Below are positions 9,201-16,661 of a DNA stretch of 64,000 nucleotides, piece by piece. Every line of letters starts with the position of its first letter. Position 1 is the stretch's first letter. The DNA lies in IMG/VR virus record IMGVR_UViG_3300038620_000086, positions 1-64,000 of that record. One strand, given 5' to 3'. The stretch is from a virus. A program made the translations under genes and the position numbers. The notes under the pieces are model-generated. The model saw only the letters and a list, made by a program, of their open reading frames with translations, ran no database searches and had not been told where the DNA came from.

Positions 9201-11568
9201 TGATCGTTCCATCTTGAGTAATAGCAACGTGAGGTTCTCTACCAACTTCACGTTGAAGAGTTGCTAGGGCACTTTCGACCTTATCTTTGTTTCCGGCGGA
9301 TACAGTTGTTATAACCCCTCCCAGTACATTTTCTATAACGTGCGACTGGAACCGACGAGCAATTCCTTGGAGTTTAACTAAGCTGAGGGAACTAGATTCG
9401 CTAGCAGTTCCTCCCTTAACGTCAAGACCAACATAGAGATTCTGAATTATCCCCATCAAGGGGTTTTTGCTTTCTCGGACGATTTGCCGGTTAAGTTCGT
9501 CCTCCATATGAGCTGAGGCTAGAGACAAACCTCTGAACAAACCGTAGCTTAAGAAAGAGGCAGATATAGCAGACACCGTCTCGGCTATTCCACCAAGACC
9601 TTTTTCAAATGGACCTGCGGGAAGCTCTTCAGGGTCATAATATTGACGGTCAGCAAATCCAGGAGAAGACTCGTAAAAACCCTCCCTCCTTCGCTGTTGT
9701 TCTTGGTAGTAGTAGTGAGCTGTGGCACGATCAAGTAGGTGTCCTAACGTTGCCACTCCTCCTTCTAAAAAAGTTTCATCTTTCTCGAAGGCGGGGGAAC
9801 GAAGTACATTAGGAAAAGATTGGTGAAGAAAACGATTCAATCTTTCTTTAAATGGAACTCGGTTAAGATCCTCATTTAATTGCTCATCTTCAAAAGGAGT
9901 GACCTTAGGTAGCGTTGGTGCCCCTCGAAACTGACTATAAAATGACGCTGGTAGCTCAGAAGGAATTTTTACTTCTTCTTTCAGATAGTGCCTAGAACCT
10001 TCAACCGGTTTAGGAAGAGCGCGGATCGTTTTAACGCTGTAGACTGAAGGGTGATCATACTCCCCGCTTCCATAGTCAACCGAATCAACATCACCAATTT
10101 CGTTGGATCCTGACTTAATAGTGGTTGGTACAGACCTATCTAATCTTTCTACTGAAACGTTATCTAAAGAGTCTAGCTTTCCTATTAAGTTCTGATGCTC
10201 CCCGTAAGTTTGCTGTACAATGGACATTAGTTTCCGAATGCTCTTAGGATCCATCTCTGTGGTAATCCTCAATGCCATTTCTTCGTGAGATTCTCCAACA
10301 AACCGACGGGTTGTTAGATAAGCAACATCAGTTCCTTTCTCGTTAATGTCTTCAACGAAATAAAGGTTGTAGTGAGGTGTATCAGTCTTGGTACGATCTG
10401 GTTTTAGGAATTCTGCTCCGGCTCTTTCTAGGCGACTAACGATCCTTTGTGTAGCCTCTTCGGGATCAACGTCTTTAGTTGCAATAGTAACGTCAGAACC
10501 AGTTCTTTCCTTAGCCTCTAGTAGCCCGACTATTTCCCGAAAATGCTCTTTTGCTTGTAGGTCTTTCTTAGATGGATCTTTACGATCCTCCATCTCATTA
10601 TACTGGAAGGACGCAGTCGCAATTGTTACGTCTCCACTGGAACGCCTAATGTCCTCTTTTAGAGACTCAAATATGACGTTTCCGCCGCCTTTTACAATAT
10701 CACCTTCATAAGACCTGTCCCTTTTCCCTTCAGCTTCCCTTTCGATCTGATTGTAATATTCTTCTACTTCTTTATGAACCTTAGGATGGGTTGTGTGGTA
10801 ATATATATCAGTTGTTTGCTTCGCCATCGACTCACCTTTTTGGTTAGTTCCAAATGGTTGAGTTACAAAGAAGGTATGTTCTTCTCCTCCTTTTTCACCG
10901 ATGATAAACTTGGAGTGAAGCAAACGAGGCTGAGATCCCCCTCCTTCGGTCAGTTCTCTCCCTTCGTAAGGTTTAAAGTTGCCGCCTTTACTATTCTGAA
11001 ACTCTATGGCATTGCGTTTAACATTAACCTCAGTTGGTTCAAAGTTAGTAACGTCAACAATGACCTCGGCGTCGGATGACCGTAGAAAGTCCGCCTCTGT
11101 TTGTGTTCCAAAGATCGACGTCGTCCACCAATTTCTAATAGAACCAAATGGTCCAATTTTCTGCTCCTTCTTACTTTGAGATTCAAAACTATATTCCACC
11201 TTTGTTTTAGCTCTAGGATCAGCAATAAACTGAACAGCTTTTATATTCTCAAGATCACCTGTTAACTCTTTTACCTTCTCCGGAGTAGTGATCCCAGCTT
11301 CGACATGAGAGGCACTTCCCTCAAACTTTAGATTAGACCTCCATTGTTGGTCTTCAACATGGGAAAACCTCTTTCCCAATGCAACCCGAATTTCTTGATC
11401 CGAGTTCCGAGCTTGACTTGCCACTCTAGAGATTAATTTTTCTGTGTAGTGGCTTTCCTTAGAAAGAGATATATTAACTGTCTCGCCAGAAGACAAGATG
11501 TCATCCTCTTGTTCTGTATACTGGCGATACCATTGTGGAGCCTTAGTTTCAAATCCAACGGGAGCCAT
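1..11568 (-). CDS. Giant tape-measure-like protein (>3856 aa, 3' end outside window) with N-terminal PLD-like region and C-proximal lambda lysozyme, polysaccharide deacetylase and Amidase_3 domains
   Basis: Hand translation from ATG at 11568 (MAPVGFETKAPQWYRQY...), overlapping the end of the upstream gene. The same frame is open wherever spot-checked down to base 1, and the ORF track lists no terminated ORF in this frame. Gly/Ala-rich hydrophobic segments typical of tape measures: IGAALLAGASVLAVTALSGGLLAPLAAGIAGGFIGGHFG at ~2590-2705 and GTAIGGGIAGTLAVAAVGALALPAAAAIGLGIAAGVAIGS at ~1960-2080. Confidence 0.8.
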   Translation of the reverse strand, partial: MAPVGFETKAPQWYRQYTEQEDDILSSGETVNISLSKESHYTEKLISRVASQARNSDQEIRVALGKRFSHVEDQQWRSNLKFEGSASHVEAGITTPEKVKELTGDLENIKAVQFIADPRAKTKVEYSFESQSKKEQKIGPFGSIRNWWTTSIFGTQTEADFLRSSDAEVIVDVTNFEPTEVNVKRNAIEFQNSKGGNFKPYEGRELTEGGGSQPRLLHSKFIIGEKGGEEHTFFVTQPFGTNQKGESMAKQTTDIYYHTTHPKVHKEVEEYYNQIEREAEGKRDRSYEGDIVKGGGNVIFESLKEDIRRSSGDVTIATASFQYNEMEDRKDPSKKDLQAKEHFREIVGLLEAKERTGSDVTIATKDVDPEEATQRIVSRLERAGAEFLKPDRTKTDTPHYNLYFVEDINEKGTDVAYLTTRRFVGESHEEMALRITTEMDPKSIRKLMSIVQQTYGEHQNLIGKLDSLDNVSVERLDRSVPTTIKSGSNEIGDVDSVDYGSGEYDHPSVYSVKTIRALPKPVEGSRHYLKEEVKIPSELPASFYSQFRGAPTLPKVTPFEDEQLNEDLNRVPFKERLNRFLHQSFPNVLRSPAFEKDETFLEGGVATLGHLLDRATAHYYYQEQQRRREGFYESSPGFADRQYYDPEELPAGPFEKGLGGIAETVSAISASFLSYGLFRGLSLASAHMEDELNRQIVRESKNPLMGIIQNLYVGLDVKGGTASESSSLSLVKLQGIARRFQSHVIENVLGGVITTVSAGNKDKVESALATLQREVGREPHVAITQDGTIRVSGVGSRRIQEMAKRWEDVSQNVPANLLYWIPAVREAANVDMSREASLADLIGRGLEDLLMTYEQIYMQIGRFISDPDQEIKQLEKLYRTSKEVSELDREITQLSIEESVNQGRPVTDLKKLYQYDISPVARYSGLKKEFSFRSNYFRAKSESPASGGVDVKTDPQKKLLGVPIRQARRTMLGVGAIFGADYLFSYGILGDGGLSLLSYFQSPWDFEEGTFQSPVRDTSHIRKIEGDLHPLITSFLGLTGGLSAGWLFPEFSTAETNPFDYSLGRAEKQKLDVYEEAWRVAQEQDISIGEALSEIQRGGRPGTPRYKSAGELSSNQWARNYYSDLSLVRSNVKSAGRARFNILAASIGFAVSTTATRLASSTIAAIWNWSKDSGFESNELSYLAAQRINISPLPETLEEKAANDFARKYKEKLLKTTESQYKTSFSITPQFTTPVFQIGWTNRSIPEEELKTFTFGFQLFPLLGGGIMPTFPVAQRLTVRPEAERDIDSFSEWLGSVGYRAGTLPSEVFAGVRDSDYENLLMQVGTYTALGGIANQIIPSAAKESLVGRGVRSANRLVSDFGASVLSAPALMLDTTKKAVAGVTPDSSGWRSVGRFFTRRGPSIRGAAPFLLSWIASSAFLDRKAGITTSRFTGEGLEEENKTARVSATATLTAIYGSALSGVFGGYNVFSRPEIIDDAFFRKGIKVPESNRFYHRIQKGVTSRYEGTRTSFSKAPTGATYNARFVGRHGVAASRIAATYWTGQLLGAIFDAEELFAGDETGLSAGFQIWMGGYERPDTVGELQDREKVKSILSRGYRGGIGDRLLQFTDKFIGQLDIFNILSDSGAYADDPNIFLNFFSYGQTLRNTSGDITSTGYTQFQGSSADLSYTIRSLSFSGLKQTDKEIIKQLLKGDKELSPSEVVSRVRTLSPRGSSIDYTQTRGSEAAQATSSSLSRALAIRSFYAEHLSNKRPTTIAVERYLQENKMKELGISPGNFVPINISIGNRFYGLGQTIEKAYEKYIGNRGTAYYTKIEGLQELTNQFVAATGSSGAPRAGIRRGKFEGLTGVGSAPAAPLLMFTRSAIGTITAASLAFSLVMSAGRLTASGITAWENRRGKDIQRQIEGIASHVEKFLVKHQPSISWDQSGGRGTPRIALLSRDRYMVKIPGLTNEPGQFDKVGLGYGMEAKEQFFQAYEEFLSRSTNEIFASSFDNRRLEGMHGTSLSVRFRELYKQVRSGTIDEEEFYDKVRDHLGRYKKSLKGNLLETLNKEIPVGDKQTITLYQALTTDQRAERFIDDIIEGRNRQTLIDQIIQSLEQSLRQNVSPDIAVESARYEIATRLEETSQLIPSQAMDEEFTERFAVERSIEEQRKWARRRAGSRPPQGEPKTEVRPQDLPKVLSEGVNFMNRAFYVQQGYGLLEGASLYAHSFRDDNFVQKQASQKLFWKETGFLASEFLLVQAFKRGMGLGYSGAGLLTIASYLGYNQIRKNNQWFKNKESDIYNWVSSNFGFLPRAIGSVVNTVAESPSYLPFVDDDFNLFEDVTGPWIAEQYRKARESENDILQFFSQIFLPASSSLYNRMRSSAKKTAWGYQRHFYGDTSQYWKQQQQRRRRKTAQYGRSLDIIHSGLYGFPTTVRGRAVKEKYFRGDRVADNFSYRRNYPISQTLRNALEVRQRMSDLYAHGYVYRLNNVDDDKGLNEIFSIALSDVQALELQRGRGGFIGQLYSEVKDLAWNKITRPLLNRTVKPLWDKYGNKVGGDLARLKERIDRFIGDKTTPIRNLGNSIKGAIGKFFTGIGRGGFGDPAPLAEEPNLYQLRKLNRLFRVTRYGGKELLLGGLDKQDLLGYIKDLPGDLGARLYGEDLSRELYGTGARKHLGRALFGSRLLLESLSNTLGSGARGILHRSGRIAAGVSLQSLKIGIGSLVNPLSGSLIAGLLSGLSIATSGFSLPAILGAGYAGIMGTAFAKNMGESYKSLGNLLSPKFLRAKFWQKRRKGKVQMLLDEGASFDEIRARKPFVSKFDQLHPFYSYHPSRIPLNQVNTSDLQVKPLEEPILRPSSRSKSLPTIVQITQEIGRPTSISDARPSSITRALSSVNRGLRKLSDVGLPDRILQGLGKAARWTAKGFSKVAPDVASFGIDLYFINRARRRVKQLDDRASREAHYRKAYGDLYGNIGAALLAGASVLAVTALSGGLLAPLAAGIAGGFIGGHFGRQYGEQRGSQIYDRGADTDRLSDGIAGWGSALGSLGMGFGATLIELRRRRRQSGGDYGNPASKESRIGSSSTATDPEFDEGSRRVVSNTNRSRTSNIPDIPEHLPENIDDTENIGLRRPGRIGKVAKIARSAGFVGDFIEASLGVYGLYEYHQGMKSDNRKRAIKGGRLTGTAIGGGIAGTLAVAAVGALALPAAAAIGLGIAAGVAIGSAGSYIGAKIGESAAKVSYRNRNKPNFLTRYFQSFSWSGEGIEDYEVKSMSSRGQVRQLENYEEKTRQARQSLQKFAESLSSTVSDLFSVGETGRERKPSENLGVLGRIKEFASNVVEGLTNAAKTVGRVVGRATSKAYQTAKDWLSEWVPSGGGDKPIVKTKGIHPNVRAVADMVSLAEGTWNESGYRTMFGGRTYQGDLSEGHPNVKIRAAGFNSEAFGKYQWMWETAQRFGLDENISPKAQDRAFVQYLKEEGLYELAKQGNYRELLTGRSGRKIAGIWAGLPGDPYGQGEAYTREELVRFARERERFYKGERQRQYQATRKREKPVNLTRENIDRRAEEKMEDGTIALTFDDGPSPQYTEKVLDVLEKHDATATFFIVGKRAKKHPELVKQIVEEGHEIGIHSYSHRPMSKLSKEEQIKEIRRTRKVIRGIVGEDVDINWFRAPYGRQNQETLKAANEQGLSTALWTVDTRDYLKATSTKEILDRLSNAEGEIVLLHDAAEANPEYAQQNIDLARLDKSRKDTVRALDQFLSKSDLETQTMSEAVPRPESKGGKLVIGIGHSGSKGESGATTPGGIPEEQALKSVGVQLRKLAKEYGIEDQIAVVSGGKVDVGKSSRPLQSRPGYTYTAAGTVESSGAEYVELHYDSDR
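330..915 (-). other. CE4/NodB polysaccharide (peptidoglycan GlcNAc) deacetylase domain within the giant ORF
   Basis: All five CE4 motifs are present: IALTFDDGP, GHEIGIHSYSH, FRAPYG, WTVDTRDY and IVLLHD, plus ATFFIVG. Confidence 0.92.
1040..1465 (-). other. Lambda R-type lysozyme / lytic transglycosylase domain within the giant ORF
   Basis: NVRAVADMVSLAEGT...GYRTMFGG...HP...SEAFGKYQW...ISPKAQDRA...IWAGLPGDPYGQ parallels lambda R (AFLDMLAWSEGT...AGRYQ...FSPKSQD...IWASLPGAGYGQ); the catalytic Glu is retained. Confidence 0.88.
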
Positions 11569-12367
11569 ATAGACTATCGGTTTGGTCGCAAAGCAAAAGC
11601 TGGTCTAAAGAAACGGCTGGTTGATATTCTAAGTCAAAAGGATAGTCCGGCGGCGGAGACCAATCGGGCAAAAAGTTGAAGTAGTTCCAGCCTACTGACC
11701 ATCGTAACGTATTTAGGGGGTAGCTTCTTGCCGCGATCGATGCTAACCCGTAGAAGTCTCCAGGGAGGGGGATGGGAGCATAGGGCGGGTAGGGAACTAA
11801 AAGCCTGGTGATTCGGTGAATAGGAGTTTCTGGAACGACCCAATACTGAGTATCAATTGGCTCTCTTGGGTTGTCTTTGTGATAATATTCAACTTTATAG
11901 CGGTCAATCGGACTTGGGTGAGTCAGTACGCTTGGTGCTAGCTCCAACTTAAGATCACCATCTGCTGGAATAACTATGTTTCTCTTTTCTGGCAGGGGTT
12001 GTTCATAACCAAAGTAAGTGCTGTTTGGAGAGTAAATAGTGAGAAAATAGTCTGAGTGGTTAAACTTAGAGTCGGCTTCAGAGTTCTCAACTTTTATTGT
12101 CACCTCTTCGTAGCCTTCATCTAATAAGATGCTAGGAAGAGCAAATGTAATAGGGTCTAATCTTTTATACTCGAAAAGAGATCCAGAGAAGTCTTCAACG
12201 CCCTTCAAAACCTCGTTTTGTTCTTTCCATACTAAAGTAAACTCATCCTCATTTTCTAACTGTGGGATGCGAAAAATTAGACTTACATCTGGTTCTACTG
12301 TTAGTTCTATGGGAGATTCAACCTCAATAGAAGACTGGAACTTGATCCTAATAGGGGTCTTGTCCAA
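11549..12367 (-). CDS. Hypothetical protein (272 aa) between terminase and tape-measure-like gene
   Basis: ORF overlaps both neighbours; no motif recognised; TTG start is uncertain. Confidence 0.6.
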   Translation of the reverse strand: MDKTPIRIKFQSSIEVESPIELTVEPDVSLIFRIPQLENEDEFTLVWKEQNEVLKGVEDFSGSLFEYKRLDPITFALPSILLDEGYEEVTIKVENSEADSKFNHSDYFLTIYSPNSTYFGYEQPLPEKRNIVIPADGDLKLELAPSVLTHPSPIDRYKVEYYHKDNPREPIDTQYWVVPETPIHRITRLLVPYPPYAPIPLPGDFYGLASIAARSYPLNTLRWSVGWNYFNFLPDWSPPPDYPFDLEYQPAVSLDQLLLCDQTDSLYGSRWI

Positions 12368-14135
12368 AATATCCTCCTTTTCTTCGTCTTTGTAAGTAGT
12401 CTAATCGGGACTTTCCTCTTTCTAAGAAAGAGGGATCAGATCCTAAGAGTGAGGGGTCAAAGTTTTTATTGTCGGGCTGGTCTTCAGATTTCACCGACGA
12501 TGCAGATACAACCCTTGGAATGTCATCTGAGTTCTCATCTCCAGTTAAATGCCAGACCACTGAAGCGATCCCATCTGCTAAGTCTTTACTCCCATTCTTC
12601 GGGTGGTCGATTCGTGTATTGTTAATCAACTCTAGCTGGTTAAGCTCATCTTTAGCCAGTTCTTTAACCGGCGAATCCTTAGGTAAAATGACCCTACCCT
12701 CATTCAGCATCGTTTGAAGCTGTTCGTAGATCATTAGCTGAAACTTGCCGCCGAAAAACTTTGCCTCAGCGTTAATGCCCCACTGTCTAATGCGTTGGAT
12801 AGTCTCGGCATTCTGGTGATGGTCAGACGTCACCTTAAAGATTGGTCGATGTTGGTGAATGTCAAATAAACATTCCTGAACGTTACTAATAGATACTTGA
12901 TAGCCTGGGTCGGGTTGCCATGCCATAAGGACATCAATGGTAACGACTCTCAAGCCCTCTTCATTTCTCTCGGCATGACCAACTACTAAAGAGTAGGCAT
13001 CTCGAACAACAGCAGGGTCAATATGGGCAATAGAAGGGGTATCAGATTCAGTAACCTGTTTAATCCTTTTCTTAATTAGACCGCCCTTAGGCTCTTCGTC
13101 AGAATAGGTTACTTTAGAACGACCCCGGAAGCTCAACCTAATGCTGTCAGGGTTTAAAAAGCGGGTTTGTGGGGTAATCCGCTTTCCTTCAAACTCCAGA
13201 GCTGCTTTTAAAGGGTTCAGAGAATACTCACTTCGAACAACCGGGTTATCTCTAGCAGCGTGTTTAGGGTTGATATCCCAACTTTTTAGGCGAAAGCCAA
13301 TAAAAGAGCTTTCATCTTCGGCAACCTTTTCATAAAGTTGTTCGATAGCATCTCCTGGTTCCCAAGCCGAACTTATAGCAACCCTCTTCGCTTCTGACCC
13401 AAACGTCATACCACTCAAACCTACGTTGCTCCAAAGGTTCTGAGCGTTGCTATTCCCCTCAGAGTCAACGGCGAACCTAGCCACCTCGTCCATCACCATG
13501 CAGATAACGTTCTGTCCGACTTGGCTAGAGCTTTCGCTGTTTCCAGGATAAATATGGACATTTTTCTCTTCATGGTCAATTGACTCTTTTCTTACAAAAA
13601 CTTCACCTCTATCTATCATCCGTCTTAGTGGGCGGACTAGAGGGATCAAACCTCTAACATAAGAAAAGATCGTTTGCTTCGTCTGAGTAGCTGTCGTCGC
13701 GATCGCTAACAGTGAAATAGGAGAGTTCCCAGCTATACCATAGTGCCCCTGTGGGTTATCCATCATAACTAGCTTTAGGAATTCATAAGCCAATATAATG
13801 GAAGCAAGATTACTTTTACCTCCACGCCTCCCTGCTTCTAAAATGAGTCCCTGATATTCTTTGTCAGGATCCATTGGATCCCAAGTCGTTTTCTGATCGT
13901 AGCGCCACCTCTCAAGTATTTCTCTATCACCTTTATCTAGCTTGGCTCCATAAAGCACTTTTAGAACTAACAACTGTTCCTTACAAAGCTCAATCCCCCA
14001 TTTCTCCTGATCAATCTCATTTTCGACGAAATTAACAATATCGGTATTTAAACCCCAAGAAGAGGATGACTTGATACTAAAGGCTAAATCTTGGAAGAAG
14101 TTCGACTCGTCTATTGATTCCTGCTGTTTTGCCAT
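12348..14135 (-). CDS. terL: Terminase large subunit
   Basis: Walker A LEAGRRGGKS, Walker B MVMDEVARF, motif III AISSAW, RNase H-like nuclease AHIDPA...DAY and C-terminal DHPKNGSKDLADG. Confidence 0.92.
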   Translation of the reverse strand: MAKQQESIDESNFFQDLAFSIKSSSSWGLNTDIVNFVENEIDQEKWGIELCKEQLLVLKVLYGAKLDKGDREILERWRYDQKTTWDPMDPDKEYQGLILEAGRRGGKSNLASIILAYEFLKLVMMDNPQGHYGIAGNSPISLLAIATTATQTKQTIFSYVRGLIPLVRPLRRMIDRGEVFVRKESIDHEEKNVHIYPGNSESSSQVGQNVICMVMDEVARFAVDSEGNSNAQNLWSNVGLSGMTFGSEAKRVAISSAWEPGDAIEQLYEKVAEDESSFIGFRLKSWDINPKHAARDNPVVRSEYSLNPLKAALEFEGKRITPQTRFLNPDSIRLSFRGRSKVTYSDEEPKGGLIKKRIKQVTESDTPSIAHIDPAVVRDAYSLVVGHAERNEEGLRVVTIDVLMAWQPDPGYQVSISNVQECLFDIHQHRPIFKVTSDHHQNAETIQRIRQWGINAEAKFFGGKFQLMIYEQLQTMLNEGRVILPKDSPVKELAKDELNQLELINNTRIDHPKNGSKDLADGIASVVWHLTGDENSDDIPRVVSASSVKSEDQPDNKNFDPSLLGSDPSFLERGKSRLDYLQRRRKGGYFGQDPY

Positions 14136-15035
14136 TTATGCCTGTCCAATTAACTTCACAGCTTCCAGCCAATAGTTCAATTCAACCGAACGGTCTAAAG
14201 ATTCCACGACCAACTCTGCAAGGGAGTTAAAGTTATCTAGATCCAGCCGGTTGGAAGGAGTGCTAGATAAAGTAAAGTCTGAGATAGACATCCTTAGCCC
14301 CTCGTTAGGGAGTAGGGTATCCCCAACGACTGTGCTGTCAGTGTTCCTAACAAAATAGTTGTTTCCAGAATCTAATGTGATCGGGAAGGATTCTGTCCAA
14401 AATGGTTGAGTCGTTCCTACTAAGTTTTCCTTAAGAAGATCCACTTCAAGTTGGTTCGGCAATGACCGGTTATTTCCAGTAACCACTTCAATTTGGTAGC
14501 TAATAATCCGAGCATTTCCCAAAAATCCTGGAGGATAGACTGAAAAGGAATCACCGTTAAACAGCTTTCGATAGCCAGAGATGACATACCGACTAAGATT
14601 GTCTAAGAGGTCACCAGAGATACTCCCCCTACGGGAGTCAGCGATTTGTATCTGTGCCGAACCCTGGATGGTATTTACATTACTAATTCTCCGAGCGTCA
14701 TCAAGAACTGAAGGATCATTATCTGGATCCTCTCCGGATAATAAGAAGTAAAGAAGCTCATTTTCTACAGATTTAACTGCTGGTTGACTCGCTTGAAACG
14801 CACTAGCGGTTATCTGAGAAAGAGTTGTTCCTTCAGGGAATACCCTTTCGAGGTTGTTATCTACAATATATAAGACATCCCCAGGTCTAGCATCAATTAG
14901 CCTTGGGTCATCGGGGCTCACCGGTTGATGAGAATGACTGTTGTACTTAATAAAAGCGTCTTCTACATCATCTACGGAGTCATCCCCAAATAGCGAACTT
15001 GAAAAAGTAACTTGATGACTTGACTGGACACTCAA
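14136..15035 (-). CDS. Hypothetical protein (299 aa), probably structural
   Basis: ORF abuts the terL start; TTG start preceded by GGGAG; no motif recognised. Confidence 0.6.
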   Translation of the reverse strand: MSVQSSHQVTFSSSLFGDDSVDDVEDAFIKYNSHSHQPVSPDDPRLIDARPGDVLYIVDNNLERVFPEGTTLSQITASAFQASQPAVKSVENELLYFLLSGEDPDNDPSVLDDARRISNVNTIQGSAQIQIADSRRGSISGDLLDNLSRYVISGYRKLFNGDSFSVYPPGFLGNARIISYQIEVVTGNNRSLPNQLEVDLLKENLVGTTQPFWTESFPITLDSGNNYFVRNTDSTVVGDTLLPNEGLRMSISDFTLSSTPSNRLDLDNFNSLAELVVESLDRSVELNYWLEAVKLIGQA

Positions 15036-15038
15036 AAT

Positions 15039-15090
15039 GCAATCTCCCAGCTCTACTAGTTCAATTCTCTCTTGAGAGCTGGAAGATTAC
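15039..15090 (-). promoter_or_regulatory. RNA stem-loop (16-bp stem with 2 G-U pairs) in an intergenic gap; terminator/attenuator or RBS-sequestering hairpin
   Basis: The minus-strand RNA reads GUAAUCUUCCAGCUCU-(20 nt)-AGAGCUGGGAGAUUGC-AUUUUG; both DNA mismatches become G-U wobbles only on the coding strand. Confidence 0.6.
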
Positions 15091-15107
15091 GTTTCAATCT
15101 TTTTTCT

Positions 15108-15998
15108 TCAATCGCTTATCGAGTATCCAAACAGCATAATATCTCCGACAACGCTGCTACCACCACTAGAAGGTTGTAGGACTTCTATGTAAAGGTGATT
15201 GTTATTAGTTTCAAAGGCAGAACCCGCAAAGAAATAATGAGAGAGAACAGAATTAGACGTATAAGTTCCTGGGACTAAAGTAAAGTCTTCAGTCCTATTG
15301 TAGGTTGATCCATCATACCAACCAAACCGATAAACTGTATCTGTTGGCTGGTTTCCATCAGCTTCGTCTCTAACGAAGAAATCTAGATGATGTGGAACAA
15401 ACCAATCTAAAATAGTCGGACGGAATAAAACTAGTGGTCCTTCTGAAACAGTAGAGATATCGACAGATCGGATTCGAGCCTTCAGACTGATCTGAGAAGG
15501 ACCACCCGCTGTCGGTATGTATTTCCAATGACCATTGTCTGGGTTGTCCTGTATAGGAATCTTATAGTAACTATCATCTGCTAAAGGAATAGTATCTAAG
15601 CGGTCAGCTTGATAAAGACCGCCATATCCATCCCCTACTTCGTTACGACCTAATACTAGGGCATACTGGTCATGTCCCCTATCGGTAGGTGGCAGGTATG
15701 TTCTTAATACTTGGTTAGCGTTTTCGTTACCTTCTTCATCGGTTGACAAAGGGAGAACTAAGGGGTAACGTCCTCTATCGTCTAGTAAAACGCGATCATT
15801 ACGGTCAAGAATACGATGGGATCCATCGCTGTGAGAGAGTCTTACGTCGGTTCTAAGACGCTCGTTAAGAACGGGATTAGCTGATGACCCGTCATGAACG
15901 ACGATTGTATCGAGGCTAGTGCTATATGTAACTTCTCCCTCAAGCCCCGAAAAGTTGTCATAATTAGAGATCCGCCTAAACTGAAACTCTAGTGGCAT
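15108..15998 (-). CDS. Fibre/spike protein with Mtd_N / hyaluronidase-type N-terminal domain
   Basis: N-terminus FQFRRISNYDNFSGLEGEVTYSTSLDTIVVHDG matches the QFRR...GEx.....T...VHDG fibre N-terminal motif. Confidence 0.6.
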   Translation of the reverse strand: MPLEFQFRRISNYDNFSGLEGEVTYSTSLDTIVVHDGSSANPVLNERLRTDVRLSHSDGSHRILDRNDRVLLDDRGRYPLVLPLSTDEEGNENANQVLRTYLPPTDRGHDQYALVLGRNEVGDGYGGLYQADRLDTIPLADDSYYKIPIQDNPDNGHWKYIPTAGGPSQISLKARIRSVDISTVSEGPLVLFRPTILDWFVPHHLDFFVRDEADGNQPTDTVYRFGWYDGSTYNRTEDFTLVPGTYTSNSVLSHYFFAGSAFETNNNHLYIEVLQPSSGGSSVVGDIMLFGYSISD

Positions 15999-16379
15999 TT
16001 ATGTCTCCTTTATTTCCAAGTCATATGCTTTAACAACAAGGGACTTCCCAGGTGATACCCTTTTTCCGGAGTCATTTACCACAGCACCCCAATAGGTAGC
16101 TTTGTCTCCTTTGGGGTCTTGCCACAATACGAAATAACGGACGTTGACGTCTTTGTTGCCATTATTAACTAAGGTTAACTCAGTCTTATTATAGGAAGAT
16201 TCACCATCGGTATCCCAATCTGAGAACTCTATAAAGCTTCCTTTATCCCACTCGACTGGTGTTGGCTGAGTTGACTCTGGGTCAGATCCTGGATCCTTTT
16301 CATAAAAGGCAATGTAAACAGGATTGTCAACGAAAACGTTGGTTTGAAGTCGGTTTTGGAATCCGTCTGTTTTTGGCAT
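15999..16379 (-). CDS. Small virion structural protein (fibre adaptor-like), paralogue of 42614..43015
   Basis: Pattern YIAFYEKDPGSDPE...VRYFVLWQDP..G...V.PG.SL.V....LEIKE is shared with 42614..43015 and is common in phage tail/baseplate regions. Confidence 0.6.
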   Translation of the reverse strand: MPKTDGFQNRLQTNVFVDNPVYIAFYEKDPGSDPESTQPTPVEWDKGSFIEFSDWDTDGESSYNKTELTLVNNGNKDVNVRYFVLWQDPKGDKATYWGAVVNDSGKRVSPGKSLVVKAYDLEIKET

Positions 16380-16385
16380 AGTTAG

Positions 16386-16661
16386 TTATAAAGGCGATAG
16401 GTAGCAATAAATCTGACCAGCATTCATGGAAGATCCATTTAGAATCTTCTTCACTGCGATTGGATAGATACGACCTGTTTCAACAGGAAGAGTACGAGTT
16501 TTACCACTGAAGGTTTCAAATTCGAGGCTTCCTCCAGATGTTACCTCGATGCCCATTACCATCGGCGGGAGGTTTTGGTTGAATCCTACCTCATTCAATG
16601 GGAAAACATCGTAAAAAGGAGAAGTATTTCGAGAGATTTGGGATGAGTAGTTATTTACCAT
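16386..16661 (-). CDS. Head-spike base protein-like (resembles the RcGTA Rcc01079 family)
   Basis: 91 aa; GIEVTSGGSLEFETFSGKTRTLPVETGRIYPIAVKKILNGSS resembles the family pattern LYVGxGGxLxV...G...TF..V..G.ILP..V.RV..TGT. Confidence 0.55.
   Translation of the reverse strand: MVNNYSSQISRNTSPFYDVFPLNEVGFNQNLPPMVMGIEVTSGGSLEFETFSGKTRTLPVETGRIYPIAVKKILNGSSMNAGQIYCYLSPL

Noticed and set aside
155-11679. Many short plus-strand ORFs, and an apparently non-coding first 11 kb
   Set aside because: They are antisense shadows of one giant minus-strand ORF that the track omitted because it has no stop within the window. The same applies to the other short plus-strand ORFs in the window.
15108-15998. Diversity-generating retroelement target (Mtd-like N-terminus)
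   Set aside because: No reverse transcriptase and no template/variable repeat pair were seen in the window.
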